Assembly: GCA_041742355.1 (NCBI GenBank)
Contig: JBGSIV010000179.1
Coordinates: 1 to 27,642 of the forward strand
Direction of reading: 5' to 3'
DNA length: 27,642 nucleotides
Origin: Candidatus Zixiibacteriota bacterium
Lineage (GTDB): Bacteria; Zixibacteria; MSB-5A5; GN15; FEB-12
This document shows, piece after piece, positions 1 to 9,693 of this stretch. The translations under genes were made by a program, and so were the position numbers. The stretch's first letter is position 1; every line of letters starts with the position of its first letter. The notes under the pieces are model-generated. The model was given only the letters and a program-made list of their open reading frames with translations. It searched no databases and was not told the DNA's origin.

Positions 1-584
1 CGCTTGTCGACAATGGCGAGTTCGGCGTTGAGCGCCTTGGCGGTCGCGCGGGCCAGTTTGATCGAGCCGACATCGGGCGACAGCACGGTCAAAGGGTCGA
101 GCCGCAGCGACCGGAGGTACTTGTTGAAGATCCCCGACGAGTACATGTGGTCGTGCGGGAGGTCGAAAAACCCCTGGATCTGGCTCGCGTGGAGATCCAT
201 CGTGATCACGCGGTCGGCGCCGGAGGTCGTGATCAGGTTGGCGATCAATTTCGCGGTGATCGCGACCCTCGGGCGGTCCTTGCGGTCTGCCCGGGCGTAG
301 CCGTAGTACGGGATGACGGCGGTGATGCGCATGGCCGAGGCGCGGCGCGCCGCCTCGATCAGCATCAGCAGCTCCATCAGGTTCTCCGCCGGCGGATTGG
401 TCGACTGGATGATGAACACATCCGATCCGCGGATGTTGTCGTTGATCTGCACGAACACCTCGCCGTCGGAAAAACGGGTGACGGTGCAGTCGGTGAGCCG
501 CTGGCCGAGGTACGTGGCGATTCGTTCGGCCAGGGGCCGGTTCGAATTACCCGTGACAATGCGGATTTCCTCGCGAACAATCAT
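1..584 (-). CDS. prs: Ribose-phosphate pyrophosphokinase, 5' part (runs off the window edge)
   Basis: Manual translation from ATG at 584: MIVREEIRIVTGNSNRPLAERIA...RFSDGEVFVQINDNIRGSDVFIIQST...VIPYYGYARADRKDRPRVAITAKLIANLI...MDLHASQIQGFFD...LSPDVG...AIVDK, the classic PRPP synthetase motifs. Absent from the ORF track because its stop lies outside the window. Confidence 0.97.
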   Translation of the reverse strand, partial: MIVREEIRIVTGNSNRPLAERIATYLGQRLTDCTVTRFSDGEVFVQINDNIRGSDVFIIQSTNPPAENLMELLMLIEAARRASAMRITAVIPYYGYARADRKDRPRVAITAKLIANLITTSGADRVITMDLHASQIQGFFDLPHDHMYSSGIFNKYLRSLRLDPLTVLSPDVGSIKLARATAKALNAELAIVDK

Positions 585-693
585 GCGTCAAACCTTGCTG
601 TCGTATCGAAAGTTAAACCTGATTCAACGCTGCCGCTACAGCAACGCCGAAGCAGGCTTTCAACATACACGCCGTTGTGGGCACACAGAATAA

Positions 694-765
694 CTGGGGC
701 GCCAGGATTCGAACCTGGGAATGCCAGCTCCAAAGGCTGGTGTCTTACCGCTTGACGACGCCCCA
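694..765 (-). tRNA. tRNA-Gln (anticodon TTG), CCA not encoded
   Basis: Reverse complement TGGGGCGTCGTCAAGCGGTAAGACACCAGCCTTTGGAGCTGGCATTCCCAGGTTCGAATCCTGGCGCCCCAG. Anticodon arm CCAGC-CT TTG GA-GCTGG; T-loop GTTCGAATC. Usual position between ispE and prs. Confidence 0.96.
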
Positions 766-786
766 AGAAGCGTCTTGTGCGAACAT

Positions 787-1068
787 TTACCTGTTCTCGG
801 TTGCGCTCGTCTGCGCTTTGAGTTCCTCTTCAAAGGCCTTGAGCACCCGCTCTTCAATTTCCCGGCGCATGGCCCCGTTGACCGGGTGAGCGATATCCTG
901 GCGCGTCCCATTGGAGCGTTTGCGCGAGGGCATGGCCACGAAGTACCCGGTGTTCCCCTGGATAATCTTCATGCCGCGCACGACAAACGCATTGTCAAAC
1001 GTCACGTTGGCAAAACCCTTCAGGCGGTCTTCCTCACGCAACGTAATCCGAACTTCGGTGATCTCCAC
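787..1068 (-). CDS. spoVG: SpoVG family nucleic-acid-binding regulator (93 aa)
   Basis: MEITEVRITLREEDRLKGFANVTFDNAFVVRGMKIIQGNTGYFVAMPSRKRSNGTRQDIAHPVN matches the SpoVG pattern. GTG at 1068 follows a GGAGG RBS, so the ORF-track start at 1143 is too long. Confidence 0.95.
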   Translation of the reverse strand: MEITEVRITLREEDRLKGFANVTFDNAFVVRGMKIIQGNTGYFVAMPSRKRSNGTRQDIAHPVNGAMRREIEERVLKAFEEELKAQTSATENR

Positions 1069-1079
1069 GATGCCTCCAC

Positions 1080-1976
1080 TCACTTGGATGCCTGGGCCGG
1101 CAGGGAGACTGGCATCACCGCATAGATCTGCCACTTCCCCCAATCCGCCTCATTCATCGTCTCGCTCGCAGTCCTATCTAAGAACAAGCCGAAGACAGTC
1201 GGGCCTGATCCACTCAACCGCGCCACCACAGCCCCGCGTTTTCTCAGCTCCGCCACAATTTCCCCGAGTTCGGGGTACGCGCGGCGAAGCACCGGTTCAA
1301 AGTCGTTTCCCCCACGACTCAAGTGCAGGACAAAGTCTTGCACCGTCCGGGAACACGGTAAAGTAAAGGGATCGGCCGAAGCTGTCAAGCCCCTTTTGAG
1401 CGACGCGTAGCCGTCCGCAGTCGATACCGGGAACCCCGGGTTGACGAGAATTAGATGGTAATCAACGGGATAGTCGGTTTCCTCCATCACCTCGCCCCGC
1501 CCCCGAACGAGTGCCTGTCCCGAGGTGAAGAAGAAGGGGATATCCGATCCTAACTGCAAACCCAGGCGCATCTTGTCGCTTCTGGACAATCCCAGGCCGA
1601 GCAGCTCGGACAGGCCCTCGATCGCCGCCGCGCCATCGCTGGATCCCCCACCCAACCCGGCCGCGACAGGAATCCGCTTCTCCAGGTGGGCCTGTACCCC
1701 CCGTGATAGGCCGGCCTCCCGCAGGGTCAGGCGTATGGCCCGGACCACCAGGTTGTCCTCGCCTGCTGTCAGGCCGCCGGGGCCGTCGATCGTGAGCGCC
1801 ACGCCCGGTTCATCGGTAAGGTGCAGTGTGAGCCGGTCGTGCAGCGAGACGGCCTGGAAGAGGGAGTTGATTTCATGGTAGCCGTCGGGTCGACGGTTGC
1901 GCACTTCGAGGAAGAGGTTTATCTTCGCGGGCGCCTCGACACAGACGCTACCGGGTGTGATAGTATGTATCTTCAT
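1080..1976 (-). CDS. ispE: 4-diphosphocytidyl-2-C-methyl-D-erythritol kinase
   Basis: APAKINLFL, DGYHEI, KRIPVAAGLGGGSSDGAA, LGSDIPFF, GRGE and LSGSGPTVFG motifs. Confidence 0.97.
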   Translation of the reverse strand: MKIHTITPGSVCVEAPAKINLFLEVRNRRPDGYHEINSLFQAVSLHDRLTLHLTDEPGVALTIDGPGGLTAGEDNLVVRAIRLTLREAGLSRGVQAHLEKRIPVAAGLGGGSSDGAAAIEGLSELLGLGLSRSDKMRLGLQLGSDIPFFFTSGQALVRGRGEVMEETDYPVDYHLILVNPGFPVSTADGYASLKRGLTASADPFTLPCSRTVQDFVLHLSRGGNDFEPVLRRAYPELGEIVAELRKRGAVVARLSGSGPTVFGLFLDRTASETMNEADWGKWQIYAVMPVSLPAQASK

Positions 1977-2029
1977 CCTTGAAGGTCCTCCGCCCGCCGG
2001 CGGTTCTGTGGGGTGCTGCCCTCAGTATT

Positions 2030-2057
2030 AAGATAGGTGACGCGCCGGTATTGTCAA
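2030..2057 (-). promoter_or_regulatory. Putative sigma70 promoter for the ispE operon
   Basis: Minus strand TTGACA (2057-2052), 16 nt, TATCTT (2035-2030), about 55 nt upstream of the ispE start. Confidence 0.55.
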
Positions 2058-2149
2058 ACGCTTTCGGCGGGCGCCGGGTCCCCAACCTCGAACGTGGACC
2101 GAACACCGGCCGCCGGACCGGATACGGTACAACATGTAAGGGAGAGCGC

Positions 2150-2674
2150 ATGCGCAAGGTCAGACTCTTCATCGCCGCCAGCCTTGACGGCTACATTGCC
2201 GGAAAAGACAACGAACTGGGCTGGCTCTACACAGATCAGGACTACGGTTACACCGAGTTTATCGGGGGCATCGATGCGATCGTGCTCGGACGCAAAACGC
2301 TGGACGTGGTCGCCTCATTCGGCGAATGGCCCTACGGCGACATTCCGGGGTATGTCTTCTCCCGGCATGACACGACCGAGGCTCCGTATCCACAGGTGCG
2401 GGTGGTAAACGAGCCGGTGGACCGGTTCATCGCGAAGCTCCGTCGGGAGCCGGGCAAGGATATCTGGCTGGCCGGCGGAGGGGAACTTGTCGCGGAGTTT
2501 CTCCGGCACGACCTGATCGATGAGTTTGCCGTCTCCTACCACCCGATTCTGCTCGGAGCGGGGGTTCCCCTGTTTCCCGGGGGATATCCGACGAGGCACC
2601 TGGATCTGAAACAGGTGCAGCCGTACGAATCGGGGTTGCTGCAGGTCACGTATGCCCGGCATCGGGCGGGGTGA
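2150..2674 (+). CDS. Dihydrofolate reductase / RibD C-terminal domain family protein (174 aa)
   Basis: MRKVRLFIAASLDGYIA...IVLGRKT...GKDIWLAGGGELVAEFLRHDLIDE...HPILLGAGVPLF. ATG 2150 follows AAGGGAG. Confidence 0.92.
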   Translation: MRKVRLFIAASLDGYIAGKDNELGWLYTDQDYGYTEFIGGIDAIVLGRKTLDVVASFGEWPYGDIPGYVFSRHDTTEAPYPQVRVVNEPVDRFIAKLRREPGKDIWLAGGGELVAEFLRHDLIDEFAVSYHPILLGAGVPLFPGGYPTRHLDLKQVQPYESGLLQVTYARHRAG

Positions 2675-2697
2675 CGGGATCCGTATACGGCCGCCGC

Positions 2698-3381
2698 TCA
2701 GGCGAGTGACCAGGAGCGGGCGATCTCCTCGGAGGCCGCGCGGATATAGGTCAGGCGACGCTTGAAGGCTTTCGGGGCGCGGTAGATCGCCCCGGCGAAT
2801 ACGTCGATCGTGAAGCAGGCGCGGTTGTCGGGACGGCCGCGGTCGGACAGCCGATCCATGAGGTAGTAGTGCAGCAGGGAGCCGACGTAGTCGGCGGCGG
2901 TTTCCGAAAGCGGGTGGGTGCGGGAGAGGTACAGCTTGATCGCCCCGACCGTCCGGTTGCCGTCGCGGTCAACGCCGAACAGCAGCACCTCCGGTTGGAC
3001 ATCGATAGTGACGCCGCCGACATTCAGCGGATCGGGGTCGCGCTCACCGTGTTCGGGCTGGAGGTGCGACAGGTCCAGTGAGTCAGCGATCTCGAGGAAC
3101 ATCTCGAGGGCTTTGACCGACAGGTCGCGATCCTGCTCCTCGAACTCGCTGAGGACGGGCTTCACGGCCAGCTGTTCGAGCGCATAGCGGATGATCTGCT
3201 CATCCTGGATGTGGACGAAGTACTCGGTCATGGCCTCGATAGCCTCGTGATAGCGGCCGGTGACATACTCGGTGGGCCGTTTCTGGTTGATCAGGATGCG
3301 GCGGCGGCGAAGCGGCGAGGAGTCGAGATACTCGCCCAGCTTGCTGACCGAGATTCGGGGGTCGGTCTTTTCCTCCAGCAT
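2698..3381 (-). CDS. Hypothetical protein (227 aa), possible PD-(D/E)xK-like fold
   Basis: Genome-typical codon usage; GGAGG RBS before ATG 3381. The segment 'GGVTIDVQPEVLL...VGAIKLYLS...CFTIDVF' resembles a restriction-endonuclease-like core (inference). Confidence 0.8.
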   Translation of the reverse strand: MLEEKTDPRISVSKLGEYLDSSPLRRRRILINQKRPTEYVTGRYHEAIEAMTEYFVHIQDEQIIRYALEQLAVKPVLSEFEEQDRDLSVKALEMFLEIADSLDLSHLQPEHGERDPDPLNVGGVTIDVQPEVLLFGVDRDGNRTVGAIKLYLSRTHPLSETAADYVGSLLHYYLMDRLSDRGRPDNRACFTIDVFAGAIYRAPKAFKRRLTYIRAASEEIARSWSLA

Positions 3382-3540
3382 ACATGAGCCTCCCTGGTCA
3401 TGGTTTACGGGGCGTGGAGTGGCTGCGGCGGTGTGCCCGTCGATGCCTGTATAGACCATAACCGGAACGAGGGCAGGCTGTTCCGGGGGAGGGTGGGGCG
3501 GTCATCCACGCTCTTTTCTTCCAAGGGCTTAAGCGCGGTT

Positions 3541-4149
3541 TGGGTTCGTTTGGTCGCCGCGGGGTCACACGCTCCGGGGCGGAGGCAAGCCCCGCCCCTA
3601 CGCGGGGGAAAGGGGGCTGGGTTCGTTTGAGCAATTTTCGGTGCGCGCAATGGTTGGAAGGCGCAGCATGACGGTCCAGAGTCACCCAGGGGTTTCCTTT
3701 ACCCGTCGCCCTGGGGCTTCCTTTACCCGTCACCCAGAGCGGAGTCGAAGGGGGGCGGAGGGATTGGGTTCGTTTTTGCGTTTTCTCTGTATTCATTCTG
3801 TCGTTACCGTTGTCAGGCTCCAAGGAGCCTGACCTACGCGTCTCCCGAAATTGGGTTCGTTTTGTGCAAGTGAGGGTGGTCGTCGAAGTCGGGTTTCTCG
3901 GGGCTTACGCCCCTCGGAACCCGACCTACGTCCGGGATCAATTGGGTTCGTTTGCGCAGTTTCTCGTTTCTCTGTTCTTCTCGCTGTCAGGCCGCAAGCG
4001 GCCTGACCTACTTTCCCGGGGATTGGGTTCGTTTGGTAATCCTGGCATACGGTAGGCCTGAGCGTGACTGGGGCCCGGCCTCCGCCGGGCTGACAGGAAG
4101 GGGAGCCGGGGTGACAGCCATGTGTCTCCCAATGAAATTAGGTTCGTTT
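3541..4149 (+). repeat. Seven direct copies of T(G/A)GGTTCGTTT interleaved with REP-like hairpins
   Basis: Copies start at 3541, 3618, 3765, 3852, 3943, 4024 and 4139 (TAGG variant). Hairpins ending in CCTAC lie at about 3576-3601, 3811-3837, 3888-3929 and 3985-4010. Confidence 0.85.
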
Positions 4150-4239
4150 GAGCAGTTCCCCCTGTGCGTTCATAGCTCTCCGGTGGCTCTCCATGCTTAC
4201 CTCTCCTCTTGCTCTATTTACGCTAATTCTTAGCCTCCG

Positions 4240-4800
4240 TACACTCTGTCATATACTTACTGTGGACCATGGTTCGATCTCCATCGGTTTTTGGTCGAAA
4301 TTGTCGGGAGGGGAAGATGTCAAATCCCTCGGGGCGTTGCTGTTGCCGCGTGAGGAGGCGAAGCGGGTGCGGTGGAAGTTGTCACGATGCGCGGCAAAAG
4401 GGATTTGACCTACGGTCCTCATCTCTTCTCGCTACACTCTGTTCTGTACATACTGTGGACCATGACTCGATCTCCATCGGTTCTGGGTCGAAATTGTCGG
4501 GTGGGGAAAATGTCAAATCCCTCGGGGCGTTGCTGTTGCCGCGTGAGGGGGCGAAGCGGGTGCGGTGGAAGTTGTCACGATGCGCGGCAAAAGGGATTTG
4601 ACCTACGGTCCTCATCTCTTCTCGCTACTCTCTGTTCTGTACATACTGTGGACCATGGTTCGATCTCCATCGGTTTTGGGTCGAAATTGTCGGGAGGGGA
4701 AGATGTCAAATCCCTCGGGGCGTTGGTATTGCCGCGTGAGGAGGCGAAGCGGAGGGGGGAGAAGTCGTCACGATGCGCGGCAAAAGGGATTTGACCTACG
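4240..4800 (+). repeat. Tandem repeat, 193-bp unit, about 3 copies
   Basis: TGTGGACCATG anchors at 4261, 4454 and 4647; GGGATTTGACCTACG ends at 4414, 4607 and 4800. The period is exactly 193. Confidence 0.95.
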
Positions 4801-4919
4801 CTCCGGCGGGATTTCAATCGAGGAGCCGGAAGTTGCGGCAGTATCGGTCACCATGTGACGCATGGGTAGGGATCTATGCGACCGAACCTATCGAGGAGCT
4901 GCGGCGCGACGATTGGGGA

Positions 4920-4947
4920 TTGACAGATCCGGTCATTCGCGTATTAT
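4920..4947 (+). promoter_or_regulatory. Putative sigma70 promoter for the large secreted protein gene
   Basis: TTGACA (4920-4925), 16 nt, TATTAT (4942-4947), about 70 nt upstream of ATG 5017. Confidence 0.6.
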
Positions 4948-5016
4948 TGAGTAGTTCTTTCCGATGTAGGGTAAATCGCTCTGATAACGGGTATATCGTT
5001 CACACCAGGGGTGAGT

Positions 5017-8000
5017 ATGCGGACAATCTTAATGGTGCTTTTGGCGGGAGTGGTGGCGACGCCGCTTTTCGCGGCGACGATTCATGTGCCTTCCGACCAG
5101 CCGACGATTCAGGCGGGGATTGATGCGGCGACGGATGGGGATACGGTGCTGGTGGCGGCAGGGGTGTACTATGAGAATGTACACTTTAGAGGGAAGGGCA
5201 TAATCCTGTGCAGTGAGTTTTTGCTTTCGCAGGACACCATCGACGTCAAGAACACAGTAATCGACGGGAGCGCTCCCTATCATCCGGACTCCGGCACGGT
5301 TGTGACATTCAACGCGGGGGAGGACTCTGCGTCTGCATTGATCGGCTTCACGATTCGCAATGGAAGAGGCACAAAGTCCCCTAACAGCCCTGGGACTTAC
5401 TATGGAGGAGGGATCGCGTGCTTAGGAAATGTCACCCCGCTGATCGCTCACAATATCATTGGCCCGAATGATCTTGGGGCAACGGCATCGGTTGGCGCGG
5501 GAATTGAAGTGGCAAGTTCCGTGATCTCCAATCCATTGTGCAGCCCCAAGATTTATGGGAACACATTCTACGGAAATCGGTGCAGGAATGGCGGTGTAGC
5601 CATTTCTTTAGAGGGTGCATCAGGGCATATCTACGGCAATATCCTTTACAATAACTCCGATACTGTATTGCTGGATTGGTCAGGAGTAATTGGAGTGCAC
5701 AAATCCGATGCGATTATAGAGAAGAACACTTTCAGCAACAATCTAATCAACTGTATATCGGATTCACCGCATAATGGTGTGACCGAAACGCTTTCGGTTC
5801 GCGATAACATCTTCTGGCTTGATATTGTGCCGTCACGCCCGACCTACGCCATCTATCGAAACGCTTATCCACCGGTCTATGAAGCTCTTGAATACAACTG
5901 TTTCGGGGGGATTTTCACCGCGTATTTCAGTCAGCCTCCGCTACCCAGTTTGGCCGACACGAGTTATATAAACGGCAATGGTGATGCTTGTGACTTCTAT
6001 CAGAATATCTACCGGGATCCAGAATTCTGCGGTTATGATCATCTGAATCACGCAATCTCTATCGCGTCGCCGTGTGTAGGTGCGGCGTCGGACGGTTCGA
6101 CAATTGGAGCTATTGAAACTGGCTGCGGTTCATTGACCGTCGTTTCAACCTTCCCTTCGCAGAATTCGATAACGGCGAGTATTGAGTGTTCTGTCCGCAT
6201 CAAGTTCGACGGGGCCATCGACACTTCCTCACTTAACGATAAATCGATGGTTGTATGGGATGAAAGTGGAAGGCTCGTGAACGGATTCCTGAGCATAACT
6301 GATGGTGGAACTGTACTTGAGTTTGTTCCTGCGACTGCATTCAGACCGGGTGAGCAAGTCTCGGCGGTGATGAAGGCGGGAATTAGGTCTGAAGAGGGAA
6401 TGGAACTAACAACTCCTTTCGTTTGGAGCTTCTGGATAGGCGTCAGTTGTTCGGCCTCAGGTTTTTCTGGCGGTGCGAGCGTCCAAGCCGGAGATCTCCC
6501 GATCGCACTCTCGGCTGCGGATTTTGATCTAGACGGTGAGATTGATATAGCGGCTGCCAATTACGAGGCTAACACTATCTCGATCTACGTAAACGAAACC
6601 GGATCTCTGTCGTTAGCAAAGACCTACTTAGTGGGAAACCACCCGATTGGGTTAGTCACTGGTGACTTGGATGGCGACAGCGATATCGATATAGCTGTGT
6701 CAAACATTTGGTCAGATAACGTGTCCGTTCTTCTAAATGACGGCTATGGGGACTTCATCCCTGATACAACTTACGCCGTTGGCTCGTATCCTGCACGCAT
6801 ATCCTCGGCTGACCTTGACGGGAGCGGGACAATCGATCTAATTATTGGCAACAGCCAATCTAACAGCGTTTCAATCCTACTGAATGATGGGACGGGGAAG
6901 TTCTTGCCGCATTCTACTTACCCTATGAATGATGGTCCTTATTGCGTGAGAGCGTACGATCTGGATTCCGACGGGGACTTAGATCTAGCTGCCGTTGTTC
7001 ACTGGTGGGGCGGAGGAGAGGTCTCTGTACTGCTCAACAACGGTGATGGAACGTTTGCTACCCATCAGACTTTCGCTGTGGGAGCACAACCGACCTCGAT
7101 CGTAGGTTCCGACTTGGATTCGGATGGGGATGTCGATCTCGCAGTAACGAATAACGGAGACAACAGTGTCTCCGTGCTCAGAAATCGTGGAGATGGTACA
7201 TTCGAAACGGAGTCGACGTTCGCAACTCCACCTGCTCCGGGAATAGTCACCATGGCCGACCTGAATGCCGATTCCTTAGTTGATCTGATTGTGAGCAGTG
7301 AGAACACCAATCAATTGGCTGTGCTTCTAAACAGTGGGAACGCCAGTTTCGCGTCCTGGACATCCATCAACGCCTCGGGAACGACGTTCTTCCCCGTGAG
7401 TGTAGATTTGAATGGTGATGGCGGGTTGGACATTATCTGCACTATGCCTAATTCGGATGCGATAGAGGTATTCTACTCTCTGGTTGGTCACGAAGTATCG
7501 GAATTTCAAGTAGGCGAGGATTCGATTGACGACCACGTATTGGTTCACACCCCGCTGCTATCCTGGCGCTATGAGGGCTGCGCCTCTGTGCAAACCCGGT
7601 ATGAAATCGCCGTCGGTAATGACCCGGACTGGACCTACTCCGAAATGTGGAACCCGGCGCCGTTTGTATCGGCGGACACGTTTGTCGTCTACGCCGGGGC
7701 GGAGCTGGTCGACGGAGCCAGGTACTACGTCCGGCTGCGCGTGCACAACGGGGTGGCGTGGTCATCGTGGTACGAAACCTCCTTCCGCATGAACTCGGTG
7801 CCGACAATGCCGGTGATCAAGGGGCCGACCAGTGACATCGTCGTGACCGAGGCGGAGCCGACCCTCTGGCTCCAGAACGCAAGCGACGCCGAAGGGGACT
7901 CCCTCTGGTACGATTTCTTCGGCATCAAAGATACCAGCTCCGGCAAACAGGCTCTGCAAGAGGCTTCGCAAGAGGCTTCGCATGAGGCTTCGCATGAGGC

Positions 8001-8715
8001 GCCGCAGGAGGCTTCGCAACAGGCGCCGCAAGACGCGCCGATCGAGGCGTACGGTGTCCTCGGAGGCGTCGATTCCACCGGCTGGCAGGTCACGCCGCCG
8101 CTGGCCGACAACGCGCACTACTGGTGGAAAGTCCGCTCTTACGACGGCTACGAATACAGCGAGTGGACCGACCTCTTCGCGGCCTCGTTCTGGGTCAACA
8201 GTGTCCCGCAGAGGCCGAGTGTGAGCGGTCTGCTCGCGCCGAATGTGTCCCCCTGCGCGCTGACCGAGCTTCTGCCGCAGTTCGTATGGGGGCGGTCGTA
8301 TGATCCCGATCCGTTCGACACGGTCGAGTACCGGGTGCACCTGGCGGTCGACGCGGGGTTTGTGTTCAGCACGACAGTCGGGCCGATGCTCGACACGGCG
8401 TATGCGCGCGCGGATTCGCTGGAGTTCAACGAGCAGTACTGGTGGAAAGTATCGGCGCGGGATAAGGCGGGGCTGACGGCCGAGTCGGCGGTGCAGACAT
8501 TCTGGACGTGGACGCCGGGGGATGTCAACAACGACCACGGGGTGAATGTGTCGGATCTGACGTTTCTCGTGGGGTTCCTGTTCCGTGCCGGGGACGCGCC
8601 GTGCGATCCGCTGCTGTCGGATATCGACGGATCGTGCGCGACGAATGTGTCGGATCTGACGTACCTGGTGGCGCATTTGTTCAAGGGGGGACCGGGGGCG
8701 GAGGTGTGTCCGTAG
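5017..8715 (+). CDS. Large secreted modular protein: signal peptide, right-handed beta-helix, Ig-like domain, FG-GAP repeats, FN3-like region, C-terminal dockerin-like domain
   Basis: Signal peptide [19 protein letters not shown]; '[27 protein letters not shown]' beta-helix start; '[11 protein letters not shown]...[12 protein letters not shown]' Ig-like; about 7 repeats of DLDxDGDxDLA...VSVLLNxGDGxF; duplicated 'NVSDLTxLVxxLF'. Start could instead be GTG 5011. Confidence 0.9.
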   Translation: MRTILMVLLAGVVATPLFAATIHVPSDQPTIQAGIDAATDGDTVLVAAGVYYENVHFRGKGIILCSEFLLSQDTIDVKNTVIDGSAPYHPDSGTVVTFNAGEDSASALIGFTIRNGRGTKSPNSPGTYYGGGIACLGNVTPLIAHNIIGPNDLGATASVGAGIEVASSVISNPLCSPKIYGNTFYGNRCRNGGVAISLEGASGHIYGNILYNNSDTVLLDWSGVIGVHKSDAIIEKNTFSNNLINCISDSPHNGVTETLSVRDNIFWLDIVPSRPTYAIYRNAYPPVYEALEYNCFGGIFTAYFSQPPLPSLADTSYINGNGDACDFYQNIYRDPEFCGYDHLNHAISIASPCVGAASDGSTIGAIETGCGSLTVVSTFPSQNSITASIECSVRIKFDGAIDTSSLNDKSMVVWDESGRLVNGFLSITDGGTVLEFVPATAFRPGEQVSAVMKAGIRSEEGMELTTPFVWSFWIGVSCSASGFSGGASVQAGDLPIALSAADFDLDGEIDIAAANYEANTISIYVNETGSLSLAKTYLVGNHPIGLVTGDLDGDSDIDIAVSNIWSDNVSVLLNDGYGDFIPDTTYAVGSYPARISSADLDGSGTIDLIIGNSQSNSVSILLNDGTGKFLPHSTYPMNDGPYCVRAYDLDSDGDLDLAAVVHWWGGGEVSVLLNNGDGTFATHQTFAVGAQPTSIVGSDLDSDGDVDLAVTNNGDNSVSVLRNRGDGTFETESTFATPPAPGIVTMADLNADSLVDLIVSSENTNQLAVLLNSGNASFASWTSINASGTTFFPVSVDLNGDGGLDIICTMPNSDAIEVFYSLVGHEVSEFQVGEDSIDDHVLVHTPLLSWRYEGCASVQTRYEIAVGNDPDWTYSEMWNPAPFVSADTFVVYAGAELVDGARYYVRLRVHNGVAWSSWYETSFRMNSVPTMPVIKGPTSDIVVTEAEPTLWLQNASDAEGDSLWYDFFGIKDTSSGKQALQEASQEASHEASHEAPQEASQQAPQDAPIEAYGVLGGVDSTGWQVTPPLADNAHYWWKVRSYDGYEYSEWTDLFAASFWVNSVPQRPSVSGLLAPNVSPCALTELLPQFVWGRSYDPDPFDTVEYRVHLAVDAGFVFSTTVGPMLDTAYARADSLEFNEQYWWKVSARDKAGLTAESAVQTFWTWTPGDVNNDHGVNVSDLTFLVGFLFRAGDAPCDPLLSDIDGSCATNVSDLTYLVAHLFKGGPGAEVCP
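7957..8040 (+). repeat. In-frame 12-bp tandem repeat (7 units) encoding [12 protein letters not shown]-like tetrapeptides
   Basis: caagaggcttcg caagaggcttcg catgaggcttcg catgaggcgccg caggaggcttcg caacaggcgccg caagacgcgccg. Confidence 0.9.
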
Positions 8716-8756
8716 GGATGCCCGAGAGGACAATTGCTCAACGTGTGTTTCGGTCA

Positions 8757-9670
8757 ATGTCAGGACCACAAGGGTCCTGACCTACACGAAGAAAGTCAAA
8801 TATAGGGTCTCACGTTGGCCTGCAACGATTGTTTGGTTCCTCGTCAAACACGCAATGACCGCGTCTGTCCGTTCGTTTAGTTCAAGCAGGAAGATTTGTT
8901 TTCACCGATCCCACAGCAAGCTGTGGGGTACTCGTGGTGTCGCCGTATGTGTCAGGCGAGGTCGCCTGACACCACGCACGGACACGCGGGGTGTGTCCGT
9001 GGCACGAAGAACCCACCATAAATGGTGGGCCACCGGGGAGAGATTGCTTCGTCGCTACGCCCCTCGCAATGACGATTCCCGTGTGTTAGCACAGGTCCAG
9101 GCGTTGGCGTAGAGTCAATGTCAGGACCACAAGGGTCCTGACCTACAAGAATGCAAAAGGCATGGATCCCGGGTCGTAGCCCGGGATGACCGTTTCCGGG
9201 CGTCGGTCGTAGGTCAAGCACCGGTTTCGGTGCTTGACGTGGCCAATCTATTTTCGATGTGACTAGTCTGTCTTCTTCTCTGTCAAACACGCAAAGCCGT
9301 GTTTGACCTACCAGGGAGGGATGGCTTTGTCGCTGAAGCTCCTCGCATTGACTGTGCCTATCCGTTCGTTTAGTTCAAGCAGTAGGATTTGTATTCACCG
9401 ATCCCACAGCAAGCTGTGGGGCACCGGGCAGCCCTGTGTGTCAGGCGAGGTCGCCTGACACTACGCACGGACACCACGCACGGACACGCAAGGTGTGTCT
9501 GTGGCGCAGAAGAAGAGGCACGACCGCTAAAGGGTCGTGCCCTACGACGCTGCGCGAGCGTGTGACCCTGCGGAAGGGCAATCTTCTCCCACCGCAAGCG
9601 GTGGGGCACCGGGCCCCACGAAGCTACGCTCAGCATGGCAACGGCAGGAGCCGAGGGGCTCCTGCCCTAC
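8757..9670. repeat. Mosaic REP/REPIN-like hairpin cluster containing an ~145-bp direct duplication
   Basis: TGTCAGGACCACAAGGGTCCTGACCTAC occurs twice (~8759, ~9119). Block 8868-9010 is repeated at 9361-9513 (offset 493). Inverted doublet GTAG-hairpin...hairpin-CTAC at 9209-9311. Further hairpins at 9012, 9039, 9517, 9587 and 9642. Confidence 0.9.
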
Positions 9671-9693
9671 AAGACTTTCGTCAGCAGCCTACC

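Noticed and set aside
694..765. tRNA used as an integration site for an island or prophage
   Set aside because: I saw no duplicated tRNA 3' end and no integrase in the window, and the tRNA is flanked by core genes.
3541..4149. CRISPR array based on TGGGTTCGTTT
   Set aside because: The repeat is only about 11-13 nt, spacing is irregular (77-147 nt), and there is no leader or cas gene.
3398..4233. Short ORFs with KRTQ / NEPN / TNP peptides
   Set aside because: These are translations of the AAACGAACCCA DNA motif in different frames, not a consistent coding frame.
4148..4858. Repeated ORFs within the 193-bp tandem
   Set aside because: The unit length is not divisible by 3, so the same peptide reappears in shifting frames; no RBS and no protein-like composition.
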